DNA from: Felis catus
Lineage: Eukaryota
Reading direction: 5' to 3'
Length of the DNA: 64,000 nt
Assembly (NCBI RefSeq): GCF_018350175.1
Contig: NC_058368.1
Location: 56,298,001-56,362,000, forward strand
Positions 52,030 to 64,000 of this stretch are shown one piece after another (positions within the stretch are counted from its first letter, which is position 1; every line of letters begins with the position of its first letter). A program made the position numbers and the translations under genes. The notes under the pieces are model-generated. The model ran no database searches. It saw nothing but the letters and a program-made list of their open reading frames with translations, and was not told where the DNA came from.

Positions 52030-52525
52030 TGATGAGGTTTTGGGGTGTTGGCAGGGGTTCAGAGCTAACAGACAAGAAAGAATTATTGAAGACATCTTTG
52101 GTGCAAAAAGGTGATTTTATTAAAGCACAGGGATAGGACCTGTGGGCAGAAAGAGCTGCAGTGGGATTGTGCAGAGTGACTGCTTATATACTGTGGAGTT
52201 GGGGGCTGTAAAGTCAAGAGAGAGTTTCTTAAAGGGATTTCCATATGCTAAAGAGGATTTACAGATTACTGGATGCCTAGCTATTGTCAAGCTATGGTTG
52301 TTTTTCCCTCTAGCAAACCATTACCATTAAGATAGTAGGGAGTGTTTGAGATTAGGCTATTGATGGGATATTTGTTAACTGATGGAGACTCTTATCCATT
52401 TAAGCATTTTGTTTTATGTCCCTTCCTTTGTTCTTGGGCAGCCAGGAATGCCTGAGGAGTATCACACATCCCACCTGGGGATAGGGAGGTTGTGGGGTGT
52501 CAGCTTGCCTTATGCTCCCTCATCA
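52030..52525 (-). mobile_element. ERV solo LTR (carnivore-type, family not assigned)
   Basis: Perfect 8-bp inverted termini tgatgagg...cctcatca; minus-strand aataaa (tttatt ~52115) and TATA-like (cttatata ~52183); no matching TSD. Confidence 0.85.
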
Positions 52526-52829
52526 GGAATGCTGGATGACATGTCGCGGTGAATCAAGTGAAGGCTTCGTACCAGGTATTAGCTTTAATGAGAAAACCAA
52601 AGCAAATATGTGTCTCTATTTTTTTTTTTTAATAATATCTAGACCAGAGTGAAGAACACCTTTATTCTTTTCTGTGGTACAAAGACAATATCTTGGCCTA
52701 CATTAGGTGCTAATAAGCTAATTAAGTATTATGTACCAGTTGTATTGAAATGATAATGAGCCACACCTTACAAATAAGAAGACATCATATAGGAAAGAAA
52801 TTCCCTTTAGGAAGGTTAAGGGCTCACAT

Positions 52830-53207
52830 TAGCAGTATCCAAAGAAATATAATCAAAGCCATATCAGTGATTTTTAATTTTCTAGTAACCACAATAAAAA
52901 AAAAAACATTAAAATGAAACGGTATAATTAATACAAAATGATTAATGAAATATATTTTTTTAATGCTGCATCTTCAAACTCCAGGGTAGACTTAGCATGG
53001 GAAACAGAAAAATATCTCATTAATCATTTTATATTGATTATATGCTGAAATCAGTTTGGATGTGTCAGGGTAAATAGAATACATTATTATTAAAAATTAC
53101 ATTCTGTGTTTCTTTGGCTTCTGTTTGTTTTCTTTTTACTGTTTGCTTAGCTCCATTTCTTGTGCTCAACATCTGTGTGTGGCTAGTGATTAATGCATTG
53201 AACAGTC
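52830..53207. mobile_element. hAT-Charlie MER33/MER3-like fragments
   Basis: agaaatataatcaaagcca...ttttaattttctagtaaccaca; gtgctcaa...tgtggctagtgattaatgcattgaacag. Confidence 0.65.
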
Positions 53208-53486
53208 CATGCTTAAAGTCCAGCTCCCCAGCTTACTAGGTAAGTTAACTTGAGCAAATTGCATAAGCTTTCAGTGACAGAAATCTCTTTTCTTGAGACT
53301 GAACATAAATATGGTAACTTTGTCATTGAATGTACATGAACACAAAATATACTGTATATAACATGCTTATACTCAAAGGTGTCATCTAGTTTTCTAATTA
53401 TTAGTGATACTGTCAGATTTATATACTATGATACATACATGGAGAAATACAACTTCTGAAACATTCCATCTCTGATGTTTCCTTGA

Positions 53487-53800
53487 TGTGATGGTTAGTT
53501 CTGTATGTCATCTTAGCTAGGCTATGATGCCCAGTTTCTTGGTGAAATACCAGTCTAGTGTTGCTGTGAAGGTGATACTATTAACATTTAAATAAGTAGA
53601 CTTTGAGGAAAGCAGATTACCACCCATAGAGTAGGGGGTGCCTCGTCAACCAGTTCGAAGGCTTAATAAAAGACTGAAAGTCTTAGAAGTAACTCTGCCC
53701 CCGTATTGCCTTAGGCCTCCACTGCAGTAACAAATCTCACTGGATTTTCCAGTCAGCTGACTACCAGCCGGTCTGCCCTGCAGGTTTCACACTTGCCAGT
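53487..53800 (+). mobile_element. ERVL LTR, MLT2B-like (3' truncated)
   Basis: tgtgatggttagttctgtatgtcatcttagctaggctatg...gttgctgtgaagg...agactttgaggaaagcagattacc. Confidence 0.85.
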
Positions 53801-54184
53801 TGACTTTCATATCAGACATTAACAGAAACTGTCCTAGGAAATCTGAGATTGTTACCTTACCTTTAATGTTTTGGTAAATACTCAGTCTTCAACATTTCTT
53901 TCCAGTTTAATTTTCTTCCATTCTTTAATCCTTCGTTAGTTTGCAATGAATGCTACCATCCTACGGTACTGAAGTAGGTTTCTGCTAAAAGGACTATCCT
54001 CACAATACAGTGTTTCATTTACCCAACTCAGAATATCAACTTCCTTAATTATTCCACTGCTTCAGTACCTACAGGTGGTACAATTCATAACCTCTGCTCA
54101 TAGCATGAACAAAGCATGACTAACATTCCTGAGTCATATGTGTCCATCTCCTCATCATAATTGGCTTCAATACCTCAGCTCTGT

Positions 54185-54945
54185 TTGTAGTACCAGAGGA
54201 AAGATTGCACTGCCAAATTTATGAGGAAGACTTGTTCAAGACTATTGCCCACAGGGAAGAGAAAACAAAACTCAGTCTGAACTCAGTCCGTTGAAACAAG
54301 GGCAGGAGAGTTTTTTAGTTCTGGGATGAGCTACTGGAAAAGTGCTGGAAGATGTTAGGGGACAGGTTGATCAACAGGATGTAGCAAGCACAATAAGCTA
54401 TTCCTGAGTTTGCAAATATTTTTGTCTGTGATTATGCCCTCTGTGTTTGCTAATTGGTGCTGCTCAAGGAAGTTAAACTCCTAAGATCTCACAAAGACTG
54501 CAAGAGAGGGGCACTATCTTCTTTGATGTTTACATTTCAAAGGATCACCCCCAGGTCCTTTAGAAAGACAACCTGGCTTATAAAACTAGCAAGAGATCTT
54601 TATTTATTTTTAAAATTTTTATTTAAATTCTAGTTGGTCAACACAGTGCAATATTTGTTTCAGGTGTACAATTTAGTGATTCAGCACTTCCATATATCAC
54701 CCTGTGTTCATCACAAGTTCCCTCCTTCACCCCCAGCACCTGTTTAACCCATCCTCCCTCTTACTTCCACCTGGTAAACATCAGTTTGTTCTCTATGGAG
54801 TTTTTAAAAGATTGATTTCTCAAAGATTCAGAGAAAGAATTTATAATTGGACATATTCTACATAAGTACTCTAAAAAAAAAAAAAAAAAAAAAAGGAAGT
54901 CAGGGGATTAGAGACTGGCCGATACCTGTCTGAAGTTGTCTGAAG
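54185..54945 (-). mobile_element. ERV1 LTR, MER67-like, interrupted by L1 fragment
   Basis: ttacatttcaaaggatcacccccaggtcctttagaaagac...tttttaaaagattgatttctcaaag...agagaaagaattta. Confidence 0.75.
54598..54797 (-). mobile_element. Carnivore L1 3' end (~200 bp)
   Basis: T-rich tail, tttcaggtgtacaatttagtgattcagcacttcc...catcagtttgttctctat. Confidence 0.85.
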
Positions 54946-55329
54946 TGTAATCCTGCAAGGAAATCAAGATTCCAAACACATTCAGATGCCACAGTGGGAT
55001 TGTGAAAGGGGGATGGGTGGAGAGAGCTATGGGGAATTGTGACTTCTGTCTGATCACCCCTCTTTGGATATACAGCCAACTGTGGTGGTTCTGGGCCAGA
55101 GATGCTATTTATCTTCATTAAAAGACAGAAGCAGGGTGAAGCATGGAGAAGAGCAAACCAAGGGTGAAACCACTGATCAATGTGGCAGTTTGCCTTTGAC
55201 TGTATTTATCAGTGATGACCTTCCAAGAGTAATGGCTGCTGCTTCACTGCTTTCCAGATGTTTTGGACTCTTTGGGATGATGCTAATGTGGACCATTCTA
55301 CTGGCTTCTTTGAAAGGTAGTCTTTAGTT

Positions 55330-58300
55330 CAGCAAGGTTCTAATAACACAATCTAGCACAATCCAAATATTGTCATTTGGCATCCACACACACAAATTTA
55401 GACATTTTCACTTGGACAAAAAGGTGATGACAAAATCATTCTTGTACTTTAAATGATGCAACAATCCCTCATATAACCAAAACCACACTACTGCTCTTCC
55501 TAAAACTCAATATACAGTAACACTTGATGTTTATTATTGGGTGATGACTATTGGTTTTGTACCTTAGTCAAACTTACCCTTTGGTTTATATAACTTAAAG
55601 ACTGAGATATGTATCTAGCCACCATTAATATGTCTTATGATAAGGTAGAAAAAATGTAAGGTGAAAATAGAGAAGGAACTTTCATACAAACAAATATATA
55701 AAAGCATACAGACGTACAAACACACATATCTATGTCAAAGCAAAGATGAAATAATGATAAATACTGTTTCTACAACTGTTCACATGGTCATAGAGGGTAT
55801 GCAAAATTTCCTTCTTCCACTTCCATATTTATTTTGCTTTCATCAAGCATCTCAATTAATTGTGGTCTTCCCTAATGAGTGATACTAAATTTTATTCCTG
55901 AAGAATCTGTGCTATTAGGAGCTGTGCCTGTTTGGGGGTTTTGTAATGTTTCCTTAAGTTTTAACAAAGTATATGAGAGTATTGAGCACCACCTGAAATC
56001 TCAAACATATGCCTCCTTGCCCCAATTTTGTAGTAGCAACCAAATTTTCCCTTGATAATTGGCATCAGTCACTCCCACAAGTACAGCAAAGCACTTTTTT
56101 TGTTTTTAGCTATTTGGTTTAAAAAAAAATTTTTTTTAATGTTTATTTATTTTTGAGAGAGGAACAGAGCACAAGTGGGGGAGGGACAGAGAGAGAGGGA
56201 GACACAGAATCCAAAGCAGGCTGCAGGCTCTGAGCTGTCAGCCCAGAGCCTGACAAGGGGCTAAAATCCATGAACTGCGAGATCATGACCTGAACCAAAG
56301 TCGGACGCTTAACCAACTGAGCTACCCAGGCACCCCACCCCTTTTTTAAAGCTATTTGTTGAATGGCATAAGTTAAAGTAGCCAAGTGACCAGCTCATCT
56401 TTGACTTTATTGGGTCCATTGTTGTGGCCCCTGATGACAGACAGTATTCCTCACTTTGACATGAGGTTCTCTAGAATAGTAAAACCTAACATCAATGGGA
56501 GGAGAAGGAAATTTTTGTTAGTGGATCATTAGAGACAATAATGATAGGAAAAACTCCCTTTTCCACCCCTTGATTTCTAGATGCATAAATTCTAGTACTG
56601 GAAGAAACGACATGTTATACCAGTCACTAATTCAGAGTATACAGTGCTTCCTGGAGATCAATATACCAACATTGCAGTGTACCACATAGGTTGTAATGTA
56701 ATTTACTATTAAAAGAACATTCTAACATTCTATCAGGGTAGCTACTTCAGAATGGCAGTGTGCAAGGGTCAGCCATAAAATCCATGAGAATGAGCCAAAT
56801 GCCATACTTCATTGCTTTAAAATTATTTCCCTTAATAGAAGTGTTGGGTGAAATACTGTGATAGTGAACAAGTACTTAATGTCTTCTCATGGTGATAGGG
56901 AAGGGAGTATTGCAGGCAGGAAATGAAAATAGGTAAGCAGATCAAGTATCCATTCTAGAGAGAAAAAAAACATTGTTTCTTTCTTTGGGAAGTTTACAAA
57001 TATACTCACTCTGTCTCTGGAGAGTGATCTGGTTATTGAGGTATGGTGCTCTATCAAGGGCCCATTATTTGTCTCTGTTATTGGTAGGCTGGGGAAAATA
57101 GCAATTAGTATAAGCAGATCAGCCTGAATGTTTCAAGGTCCATCTTCCTGACATAATGCATAATAAGTTTCAAAGCCACATCTCTGCTTCCACAGACACA
57201 TTGTTACTGTGTTATTTGAGAAAGAACAGGGGTGACTGGCTAGGGAGGGAGACTGGCTTATCTCCACAGAATGGGTCATCTTGTCTAGCTAATTACTAAA
57301 ATTTTTCTCTTATGTTTCCTATTAAGCTTTTACAGTACAAAGACCTAAATTATTTAACAAATAAATACCTAAGCAAATACCTAAATTACTTAAATAAATG
57401 AAGTGATTCTCTGAGGCCATTCAGAGATGTCAGTTCACATACCACCTCCTAGTCCTTCTTGTTACCACGTTTCTTTTTAAATTATTCTTTGTTTTTCTCT
57501 TTAAATTATTCTAAGGTGCTGCCCATATAGCCAAACCATTAGACGTCGTCTATCAGTAGTATGAATGCATATCTCAGTCTTCCCAGCTTCCAGGCGAAAT
57601 GAACAGCCAGATATTCAGCCCTCTGAGAGGATTCCTCCTCCTATTTTTAGGGCTACCCCAGAGTGAGGATGTAATCCTAGAGCTATTTGTTTTTTGTTGT
57701 CAGTAAAATATGCAGAACTATATATTTAAAACAATCCTAAACAATCCCTAAACAATCCTCTGGTCATAATAATCTCAGGAGGGCACTGGCATGGAATGAG
57801 AGATGGGAATTAATGGACAAGAAGAAAGAAGTGTATATTCTTAACTACTTGTTCCTTCAAGAAATGCCTAAGCCTTATGTACCACTTCTGTTTGATGATA
57901 GAATACTAATGCCAACCTTATGACTTTAGAGGCTAAGAGAAGGTCCAGTTCACGATATGGTCCAAAGTCACACATTATATTTGTATTATGTATGGCTCAG
58001 TAGCAAGTGTGATGTTGTGTCTCAGAAATCTACTCTTTATTTGCTAAGTATGTTGTATATTTTCTCCAAAACCCTAAAGGTCTATGCTGGATTCACTCAC
58101 AGTGATCTACGAAATGCTCCATACATAAACTTACCTGACTTATACATTTCAGGAACCATTGTGTCTTCTTAGTCATATGGTCCAAGTGGCAGAGTAGCTT
58201 GCGTGATATCACCGACCGGAGGCAGATCTTTTTTTTTTTGCTCTGCACTCCACCAAAAACTGGAAGCCTTTCAATACAGTAGATGTAAACACCAAAAACA

Positions 58301-58975
58301 AACAAACAAACAAACAAAACCAAAAAACAACAAAAAATTAAAAAAAACCCTAGGAGACTTGCCTCTTTTTCAGTGGTGATGGGTACCAGAGGCAGCAATG
58401 TGTCTCCCTTTGACATAGTGTCTTAACATGCCACAGACTACTGCATACACAGAAATTTTATAGAGGAGGGGGGCTCCTGAATTTTTATGAGATTTATTTT
58501 CTATTTTATTGCACTTAGGAGTTTTATCACTAAGAAGAATAGTTTTGAATTCTAGATTACCAGCTCTAATTAATGTAATAGTATTGATTAATGGAATAAA
58601 TTAATGTAATTAATGAAATTAATACAATGATTTCATGGACTAGCCTCATATCCTCTGTGACTGAGAGGCCATTGAGTTCCTACCAAATATACTATGAATG
58701 AAGACCAGAGAGTATATATAAATCCGAGGTAAGACAGTGAGGTTTATAGTTGGCCTTGCCACTTAATAAACTTCCTTTGGTAATCTTTGCTAGCAAGTTT
58801 AGATCACTAACTACACATCAGATATCTCCCCCCGCCCCCACCACCCAGTAAATGCAGAGCCAAAGACTTGGTGTCCCTACTTTCTTAAATATATGAAAAT
58901 ACATTGTGATCATACACTTGCCATCTGTTTTTGATTTTCACTGAAAGCATGGGAACAGGGAAAGGTTTGTAAGAA
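55330..58975 (-). mobile_element. Decayed ERVL/MaLR-class internal region (pol remnants)
   Basis: Minus-strand text resembling ERVL pol (gcaagctactctgccacttggaccatatgac ~58170-58203; acagaatgggtcatcttgtc; ttagtggatcattagagacaat; ttccaccccttgatttc); no intact ORF. Confidence 0.7.
56120..56336 (-). mobile_element. CanSINE nested in ERVL internal region
   Basis: Full SINE body ending ctacccaggcacccc. Confidence 0.95.
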
Positions 58976-59110
58976 TAGGGTATAATTAGTTTATACTCTA
59001 TTTCCTCATTATGTTGGCTGAGTGCAGACAAGAAGGAGGGTGAAAGGGACCAACAACGGATTTCTTAATCATACAGGGATTGTAGACAAGCTACAAAGAG
59101 ACCTTTTTAT

Positions 59111-59353
59111 TTTATTTTATTTTATTTTATTTTATTTTTAATTTTTTTTTCAACGTTTATTTATTTTTGGGACAGAGAGAGGCAGAGCATGAACGGGGGA
59201 GGGGCAGAGAGAGAGGGAGACACAGAATCGGAAACAGGCTCCAGGCTCTGAGCCATCAGCCCAGAGCCTGACGCGGGGCTTGAACTCACGGACCGCGAGA
59301 TCGTGACCTGGCTGAAGTCGGACGCTTAACCGACTGCGCCACCCAGGCGCCCC
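59111..59353 (-). mobile_element. Young SINEC_Fc-type CanSINE with (TTTTA)n tail
   Basis: Perfect 18-bp TSD acaaagagacctttttat (59093, 59354). Confidence 0.97.
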
Positions 59354-59673
59354 ACAAAGAGACCTTTTTATACTTTTGGTCTATATTTTGCATAAGGACT
59401 AATACAGTTAGCGATAATCCTCTTGCTCATCATCATCATCACATGGCATTCGATTATGCAGACCAAGGAAACATTACTGAAATAAAACGACATGATTGAT
59501 GCAGATTTCCTTAGCTTCTTCTACAACAGCTAAATTTAAATTATTGCCACATTCATTGAAGTATAGGACATAATCAAGTAAATTTTAAAAGAAAAAGAAA
59601 AGAAAACATGCTCCTTTGGAAATTTTAAATAATATACATTTAACGTGGATGCTGCATCTTTATTTAATCATTT

Positions 59674-59906
59674 CTTTCTTTTTTAAAATAGTTTCTTTAA
59701 TTTTTTTAATATTTATTTTGTTTTGAGAGAGAGACAGAATGTCAGTGGGGTAGGGGCAGAGAGAGAGGGAGACACATAATCCAAAGCAGGCTCCAGGGTC
59801 TGAGCTTTCAGCACAGAGCCCAACGCGGGACTCAAACTCATGAACCGCGAGATCATGACCTGAGCTGAAGTCCGATGCTTAACCGACTGAGCCACCCAGA
59901 CACCTC
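59674..59906 (-). mobile_element. CanSINE
   Basis: TSD ttaatcattt; full body. Confidence 0.95.
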
Positions 59907-60188
59907 TTAATCATTTATTTCTTCATGAAATCAGTATCAGTGAGTGAATAGGAGGTTATCAGACCATATCGCAAGATGTGAGAATATAGTTGTATGTGTT
60001 CTATACAGTACTTTACCATTGGTGCTATAGCAGTGAACAAAATAGCTTACTTATTTTTATAGAGTCTAAAAGACTCTTTTATTTCATTCTTAGAGATGGG
60101 CCTTGCAAGATGAAATAATTTTTCTCTTACGTTGAAGGGAATGTTTCAACGCTCCCTAATTGATGCCTGTAAAATTTTATCGATGTGG

Positions 60189-60581
60189 TGTGAGGATCCT
60201 GCAGAGAAGGAATTTACTTCCACCTCAAATTAGGTTCAGATGTCTGAAATACACAGATGCTTCCACACATGCACACATACCAAGGGGTCATGAAAAGCTT
60301 AATCTGTCATCAATATTTACATAATGAGGCTTTCTGAGGAAAGCAAGGTGCCTCCACAGCAAGTCTGAAAATGGCTCAAGATGAGAGGAGACTTGCTTAT
60401 GGAGCTTATGGTGGGTTAGGGATGAGTCTCTGGTGAGATCTGTATGGGGCACCAAAGGAGGGAGAATCTGGGCTTTCATAGCAGCTTGTTCATCTGTGCA
60501 ACAGAAAGGGAATAGAAAGGATGAGGCTTAATAGCTATCAGCAATCAAGCATCAAAAATTGGAGACAAACTCTTTATCACA
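60189..60581 (-). mobile_element. ERVL-class solo LTR, MER76-like
   Basis: TG...CA ends, right end aaaattggagacaaactctttatcaca resembles the recalled MER76 5' terminus; 5-bp TSD tgtgg (60184-60188, 60582-60586). Confidence 0.75.
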
Positions 60582-61159
60582 TGTGGTGAGCCACTGAATC
60601 ATTATAAATTCGTCTTTATCTCCCATTTTCTGAAGCACATCACGTATGTCTTAAACTTTCCAATGTATTTGCTACTTGTTGCTCATACACTGGAGTTAAC
60701 AATATATCATCCAGACCAAGGTAATGCTTATAAAATGTTCATATGATCTCTCTATTTCCCTTTCAACTCTATGACAGAGGGTAGGAGATTTAACACAGCC
60801 CTGGGGCAGGCCTAGATATGTAGAGTGTTCTCTATCTCACTTAAAATTTTAGTTCTCTGGTCCTCACTCATTATAAAGCTAGAAAATAAGGCATTTGACT
60901 GATCAAAGACTGCATATATTTTACCAGAGGCCCTACTAGTCTGCTTTATCAAATACACCCAGCTGCACAACATTTGAACTTGAGGTGTCTACTTGGTTGA
61001 GTTTGTGGCAGTCTACTATCAACTTCTAGTATATGTCTAGACTTTTAGGGCTAGAGTGATAAATTACATAGAGAACTGAGGGGACCACTAACTCAATATC
61101 TTAGGCTACGAAGATTGGTACAACTGTCTACCAGATCTCCAGGATGTGATCTTTTTATT

Positions 61160-61186
61160 TTATATATATATATATATATATATATG

Positions 61187-61232
<46 letters not shown>

Positions 61233-61252
61233 TATATATATATATATATATA
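61160..61252. repeat. Interrupted (TA)n microsatellite (TA runs separated by gttt/gtttt)
   Basis: Direct observation. Confidence 0.95.
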
Positions 61253-63722
61253 TTTTTTTTTTTCCTTTAATGGTTATGAAAGGAATCAGTTCAGATTCTT
61301 CCGCTTGGCTGGTCCTACAATCATAGTCCTCAAACCATTGCTTCTGGAAACAGTGTGTGTTGCACTGGTTGGGGGAGGGGGAGAAGGATGGAGGTAGAGA
61401 ATTGTATCATCTGTTAAGAATATTCATTCTAATAATATATTCAGGAGTTTGTAAATGAAATGACTTGATCTAGGGATTTGTTTATTACCTGATCACATTA
61501 TATTCCTATTTCTATAGTGGTCATGACCATATTTTGAGTTGAATCACTCTGGAAATGTCTGGATATTCACCCTTGCCAAGTATATTGTTTACCCAAGTAA
61601 ATGACTCTAGATGTTTTTGTGATTAATGTGTTATTTCAGGTTGTTCCTTCTGAAGTCTTGATTTTTCCTTTAGTCAGTAGGTTCCAGTCTGAATATGAAC
61701 TAAAGTGCAGAGATAGATAAAGGACTATTATATTCTCCTTTGATTGCTTTTGATTCTATTTCCATAACTCTCTGAAGTTTAAGTCAACTTGGCTGCCACT
61801 CTAACTTTTGCCACGTGTTTTGTAATTGTATCTGCCTTATTTCTGATGGGTAAGCACTACTTTTTATGTTCATTTCAAAATCCTATTATCCACTTTGATA
61901 TAAAGGGTATTGTATTTATACAACATCTCCTACCACCAGCCCTAGTCTGGCAGAGAAAAGCCACCAAGTGATGGTCTCAGTGATAACCGTGTCAGCCACA
62001 TCATGTTTAATGTTTTTTTTATTGATAAGCAGTGGTTTCAAGCTATTCCACAGAACACAATGTAAGATACTATGTCCTACTTTTAGATATTTTTTCTTTT
62101 TCCACCATCTACCGTGGTCATTCTGAAATTTCTATTCTACTTCTCTACAATAGCCCGTTACATCATTCAAGGTTCCAAGAGACATCCTGGTGGCAATTAA
62201 TACCATCTCCTTGGTTTCTTGCCAGCATGTTAAATTATGTGTCCTAGAAATATGTTTACATATGAATAACTTCTTTGTTATCCAAATTTATGCCTTACTT
62301 GATCCAGTGATTTGATCTAGTAATTTGGTCCCATAATTCTCTCCTAGCACACTCTAGGTATAATTTCCTTCTTCTTTCAGGAGGCATACCATTTTTGCTC
62401 GTAGGACATTGTGTAACTAATCTATTTATGGGTCTGGGGAGAAGAAAAGAAGGTGAATGTCAATATTGAGTGGAGTCAATGTCATCTGGAGAGATCTTTG
62501 AATAGTTTTGAATAAAGAGAACACTAAACTTTAGAAGGAAAGCATGAAACACTTCCAAGGGCCCAACAGATTCAGGGAAACCTGGAAATTCAGTATTTTT
62601 GCGTATGACTCAAGAGTACCTGCTTGCTAAGTCTCTGTCTTACTGTTTCGAAATCACAGCTGTGATCTTGGAGTAGCAGCATTGTAAGGTTTGAAAATTT
62701 GACATTATAAGTAGTTCTATTACCCTTATAATTAAACCCTGATACTAATCCTTATCTTTTACTATTCTTCAGTAACATGGAATTAGAAGCTTTTTACATG
62801 CTCCCAAGAGACTATCTGGTATTCATATTTAGTCTTAAATTTCAGATGATGTCTCTGCAGAATCTTAAGGGAAAAAAAGGCAGACATAGCATTAGATAGA
62901 ATAAGTAAAAGTGGAGGTACTTAGGACAACAGTAATATAATTTCACTCTCAGCAGTAATAAAAATGTGCAAACATAAGAAGTAGACGACCTACATTATAG
63001 ATATGTACACACATATGTATATGTGTATGTATAAGTGTGTGTGTGTGTGTGTGTGCATATACACACACATGTATAATATACATTCACATATACTGAATCA
63101 TGCTTTTCAATCAGAGGTTGCATATGAGAAGAAAATCTAATCTTTTAAAGTAGCACAGGGATCAAGTCACATTGATCCATGGAAAAAATATGTAATCCTA
63201 GTATATTGTGGGAGTTTACAGTGAAAATGTACACAAATATTTCAATAAATATTTGGTAATTATTTCTCAATGATTGGAATAAACTAAAAAGCTTGATGAT
63301 AATTGATGTTGTAATTAAGTTTTCTAAGCTAACGTTAAAATCTTGTCATTTTCATAATATAAAATTACAGTTAAGTTCAATTTGACCAAATTTAAGAGAG
63401 GGAACAAAGAAAGAAAACAATGGATAGAGGGAGATGTAGTTCATACATTTATTCTATGTAGTGGGAGTCCATGAAGCATAATTTAAAGTAGATGAAGTAA
63501 GAAATCTATATTTAATTACTTAAAGCTGAACAAAAGTAAATGAATGACTTAATATTGGAAGTATAGGTGAGGATTGTATCAATAAAAAAAATCCTCTTTT
63601 TGCTAGCAGGCGATTCATTAATTTTATAAAATAGTAAATAACAAATTAAAAATGAGCATTACAAATATGGTAGTTTCCTCTATTTAACTATATATCTTGA
63701 AGTATGATGTTTAAAAATTATT

Positions 63723-63925
63723 CTTTTTGAAGTTTACTTACTTTGAGAGAGAGAGAGAAGGGAGAGAGTGAGTGGGGAGGGGCAGAGAGAGAAAAAGAAT
63801 ACCAAGCAGGCTCTGCACTCATAGTGCAGAGCCCCACATGGGGCTTGATCTCACGAACCATGAGATCATGCTTGAGCCAACGTCAAGAGTCAGACACTTA
63901 ATCGACTGAGCCACCCAGGTGCCCC
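63723..63925 (-). mobile_element. CanSINE
   Basis: TSD atgttta(a/g)aaattatt (63707, 63927). Confidence 0.95.
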
Positions 63926-64000
63926 AATGTTTAGAAATTATTGCTTCTAGAAATGAGACTAGAGTTGGCAATGCTATTTTTTTGGTAAGAAACTCACTGT

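Noticed and set aside
55330..58975. ERVL pol as a domesticated gene
   Set aside because: No long ORF in any frame; heavily decayed and interrupted by a SINE and simple repeats.
2979..63925. Recurring ~200-bp repeat as a CRISPR-like or novel array
   Set aside because: Dispersed, in both orientations, each with its own TSD: ordinary SINE retroposition in a mammalian genome.

Overview
This is AT-rich mammalian genomic DNA from a felid (cat-like), judged from about 30 tRNA-derived CanSINEs that include young SINEC_Fc-type copies. I can support no protein-coding gene, RNA gene, CpG island or CRISPR-like system. The informative ORFs in the track are L1 ORF1/ORF2 remnants or SINE/microsatellite artefacts, and the rest look like chance ORFs. 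The window is an intergenic or deep-intronic transposon graveyard. It holds a near full-length antisense L1 (8.7-15.0 kb) with four nested SINEs, several 5'-truncated felid L1s, old L1M/L2/MIR fragments, solo LTRs (MER31-, MER67-, MER76-, MLT1A- and MLT2-like plus unassigned ones), a decayed ERVL internal region, and Tigger and hAT DNA transposon relics. I did not find a new biological system. The most unusual signals are structural: (1) a local duplication of ~265 bp of flank plus the same L1 5' junction (34.3 kb vs 36.9 kb); (2) a twin-primed inverted L1 whose target site was re-used by a SINE; (3) four L1 breakpoints within ~60 nt of the same L1 position; (4) a chain of overlapping palindromes at 21.7 kb; (5) an orphan 27-bp copy of an LTR terminus. 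Repeat family names come from remembered consensus sequences, not from a search, and boundaries of old elements are approximate.
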